Positions 13,807 through 26,329 are shown, numbered from the whole stretch's first letter. The stretch: 63,632 nt of DNA, filler included, from Octopus bimaculoides (GCF_001194135.2; 4 parts of 4 records of this genome joined end to end with filler, not necessarily neighbours in it), one strand, 5' to 3'. Program-made: numbers and translations. The notes: generated by a model from the sequence alone, not told the origin.

Positions 13807-14631
13807 TATGGTATTGTACTGACGATTCTAAAGAAGTGGGCTCGATTCCTGCACTAGCGACACATTGCATCGTTGATCCAGGCTACTGCTTAAGAACTAG
13901 TACCAGTCTTGGACCTCACCTCTCTCCCTCAGTCCCTCACCTCCCCCTCTCTCTTTCGCTCTTTCTCCCTCTCTCCCTCACTCTCTGTCTCTCTCTTTCT
14001 CGGTCGCTCCAGCTGTCACATCCACTATCCTCTACTGGGTTAAAAGTGGGACGTCTGAAAATGTGCCTTTTGTCTGCTCGTCACCACATAGGCACCTTAT
14101 GCAATTTGCGAAGGAATGGTACGTTGACAGTAAGTCATATTCGCTTACATGTCACGGCTATATTTTTGTTCTGTATTTTACCAATGCCACCCTCACACTG
14201 TCAGTTTTACCACATAGCTCACACCCAATCTTTCACATTGCTGATCTCTATCTCTGTCTCACACTATCTCTCTTCCTCTCTTTCTCTCTCTCTCATTATC
14301 TCTTTCTCTTTCTCTCTCTCACTATCTCTCTCTCACAATATCTCTCTTCCTCCCTTTCTCTCTCCCACTATCTCTGTCTCNNNNNNNNNNCTCTCTTTCT
14401 CTCTCTCTCATTATCTCTTTCTCTTTCTCTCTCTCACTATCTCTCTCTCACAATATCTCTCTTCCTCCCTTTCTCTCTCCCACTATCTCTGTCTCACACT
14501 ATCTCTCTTCCTCTCTTTCTCTTTCTCTCTCTCACTATCACTCTCTCACACTATCTCTCTTTCTCTCTCTCTCTCACAATATCTCTGTCTCTCACTATTT
14601 CTCTCTCCCCTCTCTTTCTCTCTCTTATAAT

Positions 14632-15035
14632 TTATCTTTTACTTGTTTCAATCATTAGACTGTGGCCATGCTGGGGCACCGTCTTGAAGAATTTTTAGTT
14701 GAATGAATCGACCCCAGTATTTTTTTTTTAAACCTACTACTTATTCTATCGGTCTCTTTGTCGAACCTCTGAGTTACGGGGACGTAAACACACCACCATC
14801 GGTTGTTAAGCGATGTTGGGGGTACAAACACAGACACACAAACATATACACACACACAAACATACACACACATACATATATACGACGGGCTTCTTTCAGT
14901 TTCCGCCTACCAAATCCACTCACAAGGCTTTGGTCGGCCCGAGGCTATAGTAGAAGACACTTGCCCAAGGTGCCACGCAATGGGAATGAACCCGGAACCA
15001 TGTGGTCCGTAAGCAAGCTACTTACCACACAGCCA
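14632..15035 (-). mobile_element. SINE family 1, full length
   Basis: Reverse complement of the family-1 consensus. Confidence 0.88.
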
Positions 15036-15892
15036 TAAATANNNNNNNNNNNNNNNNNNNNNNNNNNNNNNNNNNNNNNNNNNNNNNNNNNNNNNNNNNN
15101 NNNNNNNNNNNNNNNNNNNNNNNNNNNNNNNNNNNNNNNNNNNNNNNNNNNNNNNNNNNNNNNNNNNNNNNNNNNNNNNNNNNNNNNNNNNNNNNNNNNN
15201 NNNNNNNNNNNNNNNNNNNNNNNNNNNNNNNNNNNNNNNNNNNNNNNNNNNNNNNNNNNNNNNNNNNNNNNNNNNNNNNNNNNNNNNNNNNNNNNNNNNN
15301 NNNNNNNNNNNNNNNNNNNNNNNNNNNNNNNNNNNNNNNNNNNNNNNNNNNNNNNNNNNNNNNNNNNNNNNNNNNNNNNNNNNNNNNNNNNNNNNNNNNN
15401 NNNNNNNNNNNNNNNNNNNNNNNNNNNNNNNNNNNNNNNNNNNNNNNNNNNNNNNNNNNNNNNNNNNNNNNNNNNNNNNNNNNNNNNNNNNNNNNNNNNN
15501 NNNNNNNNNNNNNNNNNNNNNNNNNNNNNNNNNNNNNNNNNNNNNNNNNNNNNNNNNNNNNNNNNNNNNNNNNNNNNNNNNNNNNNNNNNNNNNNNNNNN
15601 NNNNNNNNNNNNNNNNAGATAGGGTAATATCAGTGTAAATGATCTATTGAGGAATAGACTCAATGTGATGTAGCCATCAGAGACCGTTGACATATTACCA
15701 TTGCAAAAATTGGTGCTAATTGTCTAGGAGGCTCCACTCTGCAACGGACGTAACTTGTGTGGAACCAGCCGAAATGAAGTGCCTTTTTTAAGAATACAAC
15801 GCGTTGTTAGTTCTACGTATTGAATCCATGATCTCACGGTCGTGGTGAGTCCAACATCCCCTAGACTACGAGGCTTTGTATTGAGAAGTATA

Positions 15893-16100
15893 TCTTTTAT
15901 CTTTTACTTGTTTCAGTCATTAGGCTGCTGTCATGCTGGGGTACCGCCGTGAAGAATTTTTAGTCGAACAAATCGACCCTAGGACCTTTTTAAACCGTAG
16001 TACTTATTTCATAAGTCTCTTTTGCCGAAACCCTAAGTGACAGAGACGTAAACACACCAACACCAGTTGTCAAGCGGTGGCGTGGGACAAACAGACACAT
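15893..16100 (-). mobile_element. SINE family 1, 3' half
   Basis: tttacttgtttcagtcatt...gctggggtaccgcc...tttgccgaaaccctaagt...cagttgtcaagcggtgg. Confidence 0.75.
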
Positions 16101-16585
16101 GTCAGAGAGCGTATGTGCATATGCATGTATAAAATGCATATACACTCTCTGGCATGAATACCCACACAAGCTTTGTCTCATTATTCCATATTTCTATATC
16201 TACTGTGTCTCCTATAGTATTGTTCCGTTGTTCCATACTTCTGTGTCCGCTGTGTCCGCTGTGTCTACTGCATTGTTGTCCTTCTGTTGTTCCATACTTT
16301 CATGGATATGATTTCAAGATTCTGACCTTGGTCAAATGTTGAGTTTTTAATGTCTCCTAGTTGTTGTTATTGTTGATGTTGTTATTGTTGTTAATACGAT
16401 TCTTGTTTCTGCTGTTCTGACTGTTGTTACTATTGTATTTGTTTTAATTGCTATTGTTGTTATTGTTGTGCTGTCTCCTCTTTACTCGCTTATAAACCTA
16501 TCTCAGTTACACGCACACACACACAAAGGAACATTTACAATGACACACACACAGGCACACACACACACACACACACACACAGACT

Positions 16586-16616
<31 letters not shown>

Positions 16617-17319
16617 NNNNNNNNNNNNNNNNNNNNNNNNNNNNNNNNNNNNNNNNNNNNNNNNNNNNNNNNNNNNNNNNNNNNNNNNNNNNNNNNNNNN
16701 NNNNNNNNNNNNNNNNNNNNNNNNNNNNNNNNNNNNNNNNNNNNNNNNNNNNNNNNNNNNNNNNNNNNNNNNNNNNNNNNNNNNNNNNNNNNNNNNNNNN
16801 NNNNNNNNNNNNNNNNNNNNNNNNNNNNNNNNNNNNNNNNNNNNNNNNNNNNNNNNNNNNNNNNNNNNNNNNNNNNNNNNNNNNNNNNNNNNNNNNNNNN
16901 NNNNNNNNNNNNNNNNNNNNNNNNNNNNNNNNNNNNNNNNNNNNNNNNNNNNNNNNNNNNNNNNNNNNNNNNNNNNNNNNNNNNNNNNNNNNNNNNNNNN
17001 NNNNNNNNNNNNNNNNNNNNNNNNNNNNNNNNNNNNNNNNNNNNNNNNNNNNNNNNNNNNNNNNNNNNNNNNNNNNNNNNNNNNNNNNNNNNNNNNNNNN
17101 NNNNNNNNNNNNNNNNNNNNNNNNNNNNNNNNNNNNNNNNNNNNNNNNNNNNNNNNNNNNNNNNNNNNNNNNNNNNNNNNNNNNNNNNNNNNNNNNNNNN
17201 NNNNNNNNNNNNNNNNNNNNNNNNNNNNNNNNNNNNNNNNNNNNNNNNNNNNNNNNNNNNNNNNNNNNNNNNNNNNNNNNNNNNNNNNNNNNATATATAT
17301 ATATGTATGTGTGTGTATA

Positions 17320-17527
17320 TGTTTGTGTGTCTGTGTTTGTCTCCCCAACATCGCTTGACAACCGATGCTGGTGTGTTTACGTCCCCGTAACTTAGCGGTT
17401 CGGCTAAAGAGACCGATAGAATAAGTCCTAGGCTTACAAAGAATAAGTCCTGGGGTCGATTAGCTCTACTAAAAGGCGGTGCTCCAGCATGGCCACAGTC
17501 AAATGACTGAAACAGGTAAAAGAGTAT
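17320..17527 (+). mobile_element. SINE family 1, 3' half (head probably in the preceding gap)
   Basis: gtctgtgtttgtctccccaacatcgcttgacaaccgatgctgg...cagcatggccacagtcaaatgactgaaacaggtaaaagagta. Confidence 0.85.
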
Positions 17528-17659
17528 ATTATTCAACAAGGGGGATAGTTAAGGATATTACAGGGGCAGGTTACAAGAAGTAGATGCCTATACAGAGTGC
17601 TGTTCTAGTTAGTATACAAACATGTGATAGAATCCTCAGAGAGGAGATTACTCAACGAT

Positions 17660-18070
17660 TTCAAATTCTGACACAAGGCAAATAAGGCTAGCAACATCGA
17701 GAAAGGGTTATTTTATCGACCCTGAAAGGATGAAAAGGAAAGTTGACCTCGGTGGAGTTTGAACTCAGAATCTAAGCGACGGACGTAATACCGCTGGGCA
17801 GTTTCTCCTGTGTGCTAAAGATTCTGCCAGCTGGCCACATTAGCTCACCTGCAAATAATAATGGTTTCAAATACTTTCAAATTTTGGCCCAAGATTAGCA
17901 ATTTCAAGGGGAGGTTGGAGTAGTAAGGTTACATCGACCCCAGGACTAGGTTGATACTTTATTTTACCGACCCCGAAAGGACGTAAGGCGAAGTTGACCA
18001 CGGCAGGATTCGAACCCAGAGCGTAAAGAGTGGGAAGAAATGCCGTCAGGCATTTTGTCCGGCGTCCTAA
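17660..18070 (-). mobile_element. Two SINE family 2 copies
   Basis: Reverse complements: cgaccctgaaaggatgaaaaggaaagttgacctcggtggagtttgaactcagaa and gaccccgaaaggacgtaaggcgaagttgaccacggcaggattcgaaccc. Confidence 0.75.
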
Positions 18071-18339
18071 CAGTTCTGTCATGTCATCTAATAATACTGA
18101 TTTTTTTTTTCTTTCGGGGGCATCGGATGAAGAGATCATTACAGGACAGATATGGGTAAAATCGATGAAGAAGATAATGAAATATACAAAGACATAAATA
18201 CGTGGATGATAAAGTCCATTCGAATCAGTTGAACTTCAAACTAGGGCCAGTCAAGGAATCTAACAGATTCAAGATCAACCTGACCACCAAAGGCACATAC
18301 CCTCTCTCAAATGTTCTTTGATCTACAGGCGCAAGCTTA

Positions 18340-18530
18340 GAGTTGTTCCTTTCATACTTACCATTTTCGCCAGTCACCCACCTTTTGGCAAATTCACTGA
18401 AGGAGTTTATCGCCATCGTTACTCCCACCTTCCCTTCAAAGCAGAACTTGAAAAAGCTTGCGAGAATTGTCACTAGTCCTTTAGTCTCGTTCTCTATACA
18501 ACCTTTTGCACTAGAGCTACCAAACAGAAG
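18340..18530 (-). mobile_element. Decayed L1/Tx1-like LINE ORF2 C-terminus
   Basis: Minus frame KGLVTILASFFKFCFEGKVGVTMAINSFSEFAKRWV resembles the L(V/I)NFFKxHLKRKxRVERxxLSxxxFxKRWV end of Tx1-like ORF2s (recalled, not searched). Confidence 0.45.
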
Positions 18531-18540
18531 GAAGACGGTC

Positions 18541-18650
18541 GGAAATCTTCAAGATGGACACGGCTCAAGATGGACACGGCTCAAGATGGACACGGCTCAA
18601 GATGGACACGGAAATCCTCAAGATGGACACGGAAATCCTCAAGGTGGACA
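18541..18650. repeat. Minisatellite tcaagatggacacggc (16 bp) / tcaagatggacacggaaatcc (21 bp), about 6 units
   Basis: Visible directly; aagatggacacggc recurs immediately after the adjacent SINE at 18881-18894. Confidence 0.9.
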
Positions 18651-18651
18651 A

Positions 18652-18881
18652 GGCGGTGTGCAGGCAGAAACGTTAGCACGCAGGGTGAAATGCTTAGCGG
18701 TATTTCGTCTGCCGCTACGTTCCGAGTTCAAGTTCCGCCGAAGTCGACTTTACCTTTCATCCTTTCGGGGTTGATAAATTAAGTACCAGTTACGCACTGG
18801 GTCGATGTAATCGACTTAATCCCTTTGTCTGTCCTTGTTTGTCCCCTCTATGTTTAGCCCCTTGTGGGCAGTAAAGAAATA
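18652..18881 (+). mobile_element. SINE family 2, full length
   Basis: ggcggtgtgcaggcagaaacgttagcacg...gagttcaagttccgccgaagtcgactttacctttcatcctttcggggttgataaattaagtaccag...gtaaagaaata. Confidence 0.88.
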
Positions 18882-19145
18882 AGATGGACACGGCTGATAG
18901 CAGCATTCGCAACAGCTGTCTGAGACTGTGAAAAAGTGTATGACAAACGGTTTCGTTGCTGTGCATGCATCACTGACTCTTGCACGTTACTGCAGCGCTG
19001 GGTATGAAGAATATCTTTCGAAGTGGGGGTGACCTTGGGTAGCACTGACAGGCTAAGGATTTCTGGAAGGTATTCATAGTAGTACCCAACCCATAAAGTT
19101 TCCTCGAGTTATACAATCGCTTTCTCACCAATATATATATTACTT

Positions 19146-19188
<43 letters not shown>

Positions 19189-19427
19189 NNNNNNNNNNNN
19201 NNNNNNNNNNNNNNNNNNNNNNNNNNNNNNNNNNNNNNNNNNNNNNNNNNNNNNNNNNNNNNNNNNNNNNNNNNNNNNNNNNNNNNNNNNNNNNNNNNNN
19301 NNNNNNNNNNNNNNNNNNNNNNNNNNNNNNNNNNNNNNNNNNNNNNNNNNNNNNNNNNNNNNNNNNNNNNNNNNNNNNNNNNNNNNNNNNNNNNNNNNNN
19401 NNNNNNNNNNNNNNNNNNNNNNNNNNN

Positions 19428-19495
<68 letters not shown>

Positions 19496-19524
19496 TATGT
19501 ATGTATGTATGTATGTATGTATGT

Positions 19525-19862
19525 ATGACTCAGTGGTTAGAGTGTCGAGTTTATAATTGTGAGGCAGTGAATCCGATTCCTGGACCGAGCTCCGTGTTGT
19601 GTTCTTGAGCAAGACACTTTATTTCACGTCGCTCCAGTTCACTCAGCTGTAGAAATGAGATGCGACGTCACTGGTTCCAAGCTGTATCGGCCCCTTTGCC
19701 TTTCTCCTAGAGCAACATCGGTGGCACGAAGAGGGAGGCTCGAATGCATGGGCGACTGCTGGTCTTCCACAAAACAACCTTGCCCGGACTTGTACCTCGA
19801 AGATGATTTTTCTAGCTGCAATCCCATGGTCACTCCTGACCGAAAGGGTGGTCTTTACCCTT
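19525..19862 (+). mobile_element. tRNA-derived SINE family 3
   Basis: tgactcagtggttagagtgtcg head, then ttcctggaccg and gtgttcttgagcaagacactttatttcacg; related heads at 6826-6950, 28345-28420 and 51840-51960. Confidence 0.7.
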
Positions 19863-20049
19863 AACCTTTTCTTCTTTATATATTATATAATTCTCTGTAT
19901 ATAACTCACTATAATGCTAGCATGGCACTCCAATTGGTAACACAGCTCGACTGGTAGAGGGCGGTGAACGCCTCGATAACAATTCAATAATAAAATTGAT
20001 TATAAAAGTGAAGTGGAGGGACTCCTGGTAATAGCAGTGGCTAATGTTG

Positions 20050-20222
20050 GCGATGGCGGTGGCGGTGGTGGTCGCGGTAGTAATTAGCTTTCATGTTCAA
20101 TTATTTCCGTTACTGCTTTTCTTCTTCTACTACCACCACCACCACCACCACCACCACCACCACCACTACTACTACTACTACTGGTGGTTGTGGTGGTGGT
20201 GGTGGTGGTTGTAGTAGTGGTT

Positions 20223-20264
<42 letters not shown>

Positions 20265-20315
20265 ATAGTAGTAGTAGTAGTAGTAGTAGTAGCAGTAGTA
20301 GTGGTNNNNNNNNNN

Positions 20316-20349
<34 letters not shown>

Positions 20350-20463
20350 ATAGTAGTAGTAGTAGTAGTAGTAGTAGCAGTAGTAGTGGTAGTAGTAGTA
20401 GTAGTAGTGGTGGTTGTAGTAGTAGTAATAGTAGTAGTAGCAGTAGTAGTAGTAGTAGTGGTT

Positions 20464-20496
<33 letters not shown>

Positions 20497-20660
20497 TTCT
20501 TATTGTGCTGGTGATTGTGGTAGTGATATTGGTTAAGGTGATGGTGAGGGTCGTCGTCGTCGTCGTCGTCGTCGTAGTGAGTGGTGTTCGTGGTAGCAAT
20601 GATGATGATGGTGCTAGCGGTGGTGGTGGTGGTGGTGGTTGTGGTGGTGGTGTCGATGGC
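20050..20660. repeat. Compound trinucleotide microsatellite (ACC)n/(AGT)n/(GGT)n/(GTC)n
   Basis: Direct sequence; source of the poly-Ser/Thr/Val/Leu pseudo-ORFs. Confidence 0.95.
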
Positions 20661-21008
20661 AAAAATTGTTTTTATTGTTCCATCAATGTCCGTGTCCATA
20701 TCTGACCTCCTTTAGCCACATTCATTATCAATGGGTGGCCACCACCACCAGTATTGTTGTGGTATTACTATACACCATACAGTAATGGAATGATACATTT
20801 GGCGTCTCAGTGGACTTTCATTTATTATGTAACGTGATATCGTAAGACACACAGACATATATATATATAACAGAGTAATATGTGGCTGTATTTGTATATG
20901 TTGTGTATGTGCTATGTATATATANNNNNNNNNNTACATACATATTCTAATAACATCCTCAGCTCTTTTTATATTAATTCCTCCTCCTCCTCCTCCTCCT
21001 CCTCCTCC

Positions 21009-21043
<35 letters not shown>

Positions 21044-21059
21044 GCCATCATATACTATT

Positions 21060-21240
21060 GGCAGTACTGTGAGCATACCGGACAAAATGCTTTGCGACAT
21101 TTCGTCCGTCTTTACGTTCTGAGTTGTTTTTCATCCTTTCGGGGTCGATAAAAAGAGTACCAGTTGAGCACTAGAGTCGATCTAATCGATTTACCCCACC
21201 CCCAGCAACTTTCTGGCTTTGTGCCAAAATTTGAAGCTAT
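21060..21240 (+). mobile_element. SINE family 2 copy
   Basis: ggacaaaatgctttgcgacatttcgtccgtctttacgttctgagtt...tcatcctttcggggtcgataaaaagagtaccagttgagcac. Confidence 0.75.
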
Positions 21241-21292
21241 TATTCAGTATTTATATTGTATATATGCAGATGTATACTAATAGAAATAGATA

Positions 21293-21707
21293 TACTCTTT
21301 TACTGTATACTCTTTTACTTATTTCAGTCATTTGACTGCAGCCATGCTGGAGCACCGCCTTTAGTCGAACAAATCGACCCCAGGACTTATTCTTGGTAAG
21401 CCTAGTACTTATTCAATCGGTCTCTTTTGCCGAACTGCTAAGTTACGGGGACGTAAACACACCGCCATCGGTTGTCAAACGATGTTAGGGGAGACAAATA
21501 CAGACACACAAACATACATATATATATATATATATACATATATACGACGGCCTTCTTTCAGTTTCCGTCTACCAAATCCACTCACAAGGCTTTGGTCGGC
21601 CCGAGGCTATAGTAGAAGACACTTGCCCAAGGTGCCACACAGTGGGACTGAACCCGGAACCATGTGGTTCGTAAGCAAGCTACTTACCACACAGCCACTC
21701 CTGCGCC
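21293..21707 (-). mobile_element. SINE family 1, full length
   Basis: Reverse complement of the consensus, ending ...ccacacagccactcctgcgcc. Confidence 0.9.
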
Positions 21708-22160
21708 TATAATGATATGTATATATATATATTGGGTCATCCCATAAATAGATTCGCAGATATGAGCAAAATTAAACAGTTATAAAATGTATCGGGTAAA
21801 AATAGTTATGTTAGAAAAAGCAACTGGACAGTTTTAAATCGTTAACAATATAATGATGAAATCAGCAATAGGAAGGTTTAAAAAAAGATTACTTCAATTC
21901 TCAAAATAATTTCTGTAGTCTGATTGCGTAAAAAATATCTAGAAGCAGAATATTACAAAGTTTTTCTCGATATTAGTGGATTTCGTGATTGTCCAAGAAG
22001 GAAGATCTCGGAGATTCTGAATTGGCACCATACGAGTACTACGCCATGAATTATAATGCAAAAAAGGACGCTGTGATCAACCAGGTAAGAAAGGCAACGA
22101 TCAGAGGCCGCTATGTGAATTTCGTTCAATATGTCATTTGAGAGGATTTTTATGAATGAG

Positions 22161-22860
22161 GGGAAAATAGGATGTACAGAACTTTGGTCACAGGAAACGG
22201 CCAGATTGGTTTTTTTTTCACTCTTTTCCACAACAGATTGTCAGAATAGCCCTAAAGCGATGGAAAACGAAAGGGAATAGCCTGTGTGAATGCGGGAAGG
22301 TTGGAACAATGAGGTACATAATTTCCAAGCGTAATGCACGGGTGCACATGGTGATATAATCAAGTGCTTAGAACACTGACTGCTACAGTGGAGGAGAGGG
22401 TTAAGAGATCTAATGATAGCGGGAGACCTCGAGAAGTGGGAGAACTGGTCATTGCAAAGCAGCCATTGTAAGAAATAAGGTCGAACTAAAGTGGGAAATG
22501 ATAGTGAAGTTATCAAGTGACTTTAATGGAAAATATTGTTTACCCTTTGTATTTCCGAAAGACCTGACTTCGTCACGTGATGCAGCTAAAGAAGGAAGTA
22601 AGATTGGGAGAACTGAGTCTCCTGGGATACGAACATCTGGGATACGAACAAAGTACAGCGAACTGATGAGTAGCAGTATGCTTGCATGTGGAGACAGGTG
22701 TTAGAGGAATTGTTGAAATCATGGTTCGCTTGCTACTCAGAAGTCTAGGACCAATTGCAAAGGAAAGAAAGCAGCTTTCGAGACAATTGTGAGAGACTAC
22801 CAAGAAAGCGAGTCACTACATCTGGTTGAAGAAAAAAGACGAGTTGTGCGTTAAGTGAAG
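22161..22860 (+). mobile_element. Decayed HERO/R2-superfamily (RLE) non-LTR retrotransposon, 3' region
   Basis: Frameshifted peptides in the expected order: GKIGCTELWSQETARLVFF, LKRWKTKGNSLCECGKVGTMRYIIS (zinc-knuckle region), GCTW*YNQVLRTL (cf. GRYTWRHNQVL), ERPDFV (PD), LGEL, and HVETGVRGIVEIMVRLLLRSLGPIAKERKQLSRQL*ETTKKASHYIWLKK (cf. PVEVGCRGF...ASxWLW). Confidence 0.75.
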
Positions 22861-22924
22861 TGAGGAACCTCTGTTCAATAACATGAAATACTGAGGTTGA
22901 CAGATAAGTTGGTAAAAAAAAAAC

Positions 22925-23172
22925 AAAAGGTAAAATTTCTTTCTCGTGTCATGCCGACTCGTAAGAGCTGGTTTCTCGGTTTCAGTGGCGTATCTATTCC
23001 CCACCTGGACGGGACGCCGGTTGGGCGCAGGATTACTCCTTTTTGCCAGCTTAGTGGACTGGAGCAACGTGAAATGAAGTGTTTTGCTCAAGAACACAAT
23101 GCCCGGTTCAGGAATCGAAACTACTATCTTATGATCATGAGTCCAACATCCTACCCACTAAGCCATGTACCT
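22925..23172 (-). mobile_element. SINE family 3 copy
   Basis: Reverse complement begins ggaggtacatggcttagtgggtagg...gtttcgattcctgaaccgggcattgtgttcttgagcaaaacacttcatttcacgttgctccag. Confidence 0.7.
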
Positions 23173-25156
23173 CCACGACAGAGATAAGTGACTCTCAGCC
23201 ATACCTGGATCAACAAATTTTATACTGTTGTACAGGAATATAGTCACCAACATCGATGAGTGACGCCAGAGAGCTCTGATGTCGCCGTGGATGACGCTGA
23301 AACACCTGCAAAACTACTTCATCACCTGATGAGACATCGACTCCTGCGCTTGGAGAGAGGGGGGGGAGAGAGAAAGGGAGAGAGAGAGAAAGGGAAAGAG
23401 AGACAGACAGACAGAGAAAAAACATGAAAGCCTGTTCATATTCAGGCTTTTTAAGCATTAATTTTTGTGTTTGCAGTCAACCTAAAAATGCTCGCCGAAA
23501 AATTCAGTTTAATATACAGCACAGAAAACAAATATAAAAATAAAGAGGCCAATGTAATCACATGGCAAAATGTAAACATTTGAGAGAATATAATGATTTT
23601 TTTTTTCAAAGTAAACACAAACAAGGAATTAGAGATTCGTGATGATATGGTAAAGAACAGCAACAGCAGCACTCTCACGCAAAGAAAATATTGAAATATT
23701 AAAAATACAGTTAATATCGAGGAAGCACTTTTGTAATGGTATGGATTTGAGTATGGATTTAATCCAGTCAAAAATGGAAGTAATGCCATAAAAGAGTGTG
23801 ATCCTTACCAAGGAAATTTATCGAAGAACAAGAGGAAAATGGTATACCTCTACTTCGCAAAAAGCAATTGGAGCGTTCATTACGCCTACAAAAGAGAAAC
23901 TGAATGATGTATGGAACAGGGATAAATTGAATGGATTTGCCTGCTTGGTCTCTAAAATCGAGGTTATAAGCAATAATAATATGACATACATCTGTCCTTA
24001 AACTAATACCACAATACATGGCCAACATAGTTCAAAGTTGACATTCAAATACATTAGCAGTAGCATTGACTTTAGAGCGTTGTCGCTTTTGTAACGAAAC
24101 ATGAGGTGGTTAATAATGCAGAAATCACGAAAAATGGCATGTAGTCGGAAGGAATCAGAATGGAATAACAATGTCTATTGATCCTAGAAAACCATAGCCG
24201 CTGTTCCAGAGCCGTGCCCTGTCCTGGTGCGCAAATAAAAGGAATGAAGCTGGCAATACAGGACAAAATAGAAAACACTTACAGCTGAGTTTTCTGTTCT
24301 CGGGAATTAGAGAAAGAAAAAGAGAGCGGTGACCAGCAAGAGAATCGGTAGCAACAACAGGTCCCTGATGTTACTATTCCAGCATCAGTACCAGCCACAC
24401 TCTTGAATACAATTCCAAGAATAATCTAAAACACTACCTCCTTCTCGGGTGTTCCATTCTGCCGTCATAAACAATAACGTGATCCTCATCATCTTTGCTC
24501 AAAGAAGAGGATATAGAGAAAGAACAGAGACAAAAACTGTCGAGGGAAGAACGAGGAGTAGAAAAAGGGAAACAAAAGACTGCAGGAAGAAAAGCCACCC
24601 CCAAAAGAAGGCATGAAAAACAGGTAAAACAAGGTCCTCATCTATCCTGGAAGTAACCAGAATTACGAAACCCACAACGCTTTCGGAAACTATATCGTTC
24701 ACAATACTGAGAACATCTAAGAGGATGTGGTGAAATCCCCAAAAGAACAGCGGGGGAAAAAAGCGGAATCGACCAAGAAGTAATTTGTGAAGAAATTTGG
24801 GTACAATATAGAAAACACTCAAGGGATAGACTGCTGCTAAAACTCATATCAACAGACCATAAACGAGTATACCTGAGTATACCCCATTTTATCCACCGAT
24901 GAGAACAGCTCACATGACTGTTACAGAACGATCTGAATATTGGTGAGGAATATTGGTGAGGGAATTTTGATAGGATTTAGTTGATGGATTTCCACCAGGG
25001 TGCGTGTGCGTCGTGGGGATTATCCTAAAATGTTTTCCATGTTTTGTTTTTTATGTATATCTCATGTTATTTGAGTTACTTTTTAAAAGGTAGTATTCAT
25101 ATATAATTATTAGTGGTTTTATGCGTTTAATTTATGTCCACATTTCCAAAATATCC

Positions 25157-25213
<57 letters not shown>

Positions 25214-25381
25214 CGCGCGCGCGCACACACACATTTATATTGTATAATGTGTGTGTATGTTTCTCTTAGTATTTCTATAATATTATTTGTCCAGCCATTC
25301 GTTTTGCAACGCCTATGTATAAAGTTATTATTGCATGTATAGAAAGGCCTTGGTAACAATGATAAAAGAAATTATGATTAA

Positions 25382-25438
<57 letters not shown>

Positions 25439-25746
25439 TATTATTATTCTATATAAAATTACAAATATACAAATCAATATTATACTAATACATTTTTGTA
25501 TTTTTCAACTCAAAAAGAAATTGCATTTCTTGTAATTTGTGGACATTTTTTTCAAAGATATCTTTCCATTGGCAAATAAAAATTCTCGTCTAGAAGTGAT
25601 CGTTTCTCACGCTTTCAGGTTGTTACGTAGTAGCTAATCCAAGCATTAACACACACACATACACACAAAAATACAAATGAATATACAGAGATATCTAGTA
25701 AATTAGCATGATTGCTAACATTCCAGGATGATGTTAAATATTACAC

Positions 25747-25846
25747 NNNNNNNNNNNNNNNNNNNNNNNNNNNNNNNNNNNNNNNNNNNNTTAATTAATT
25801 AANNNNNNNNNNNNNNNNNNNNNNNNNNNNNNNNNNNNNNNNNNNN
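25747..25846. other. Synthetic assembly spacer 44N-TTAATTAATTAA-44N
   Basis: Exactly 100 nt; the palindromic 12-mer gives TAA stops in all six frames; identical copies at 57411 and 62332. Confidence 0.9.
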
Positions 25847-25932
25847 ATACATACATATATATACATACATACATATATATACATACATACATATATATAT
25901 ACATACATACATACATATATATACATACATAC

Positions 25933-25980
<48 letters not shown>

Positions 25981-26329
25981 GGCTTCTACACAGTTTCCAT
26001 TTGCTCTGTGCCATGCAGTGGAGCTGAACTAAGAGACATGTGGTTGTAAGACAAGTTACTTAATCACACAGCCATACCTAATAAGAAATATGAAAAAAAA
26101 TTTTTTTTAAAAACAATCTCTCAAATTGCTATCGTAATACAATGGTATGACATTGAGACACTCAATTATATATTGACTAGATTATTATAGAAGTTGTAAC
26201 TTATGCAGCAATTCATAAGATCAATGTTATATTAATGTAGTAGAGAGAACAAGAAAACTTTAGCAAAGCATCTGCAGATGCAACGATATATTAATGCAAT
26301 CGAGAAAGAAGTCAGCACCAGCAATTAAA

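Noticed and set aside
14240-14620. ~105-bp CT-rich duplication on both sides of a 10-N gap
   Set aside because: Near-identical sequence flanks a minimal gap, most likely an unmerged contig overlap in low-complexity DNA.
18358-18520. Host-gene exon on the minus strand (tttggtag|...GAAAATG|gtaagt)
   Set aside because: The splice-like signals are attractive, but the peptide fits the C-terminus of an L1/Tx1-like ORF2 better and does not match IFT80. Exonisation is not excluded.
18541-18650. CRISPR-like array
   Set aside because: Units are directly adjacent with no unique spacers, in a eukaryotic context with no cas genes; it is a minisatellite.
20084-20705. Poly-Ser/Thr/Leu/His ORFs
   Set aside because: Compound trinucleotide microsatellite containing an internal gap.
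904-21712. Recurrent peptide FRLPNPLTRLWSARGYSRRHLPKVPRSGTEPGTM in several ORFs, suggesting a gene family
   Set aside because: It is the antisense translation of the SINE family-1 head, not a protein.
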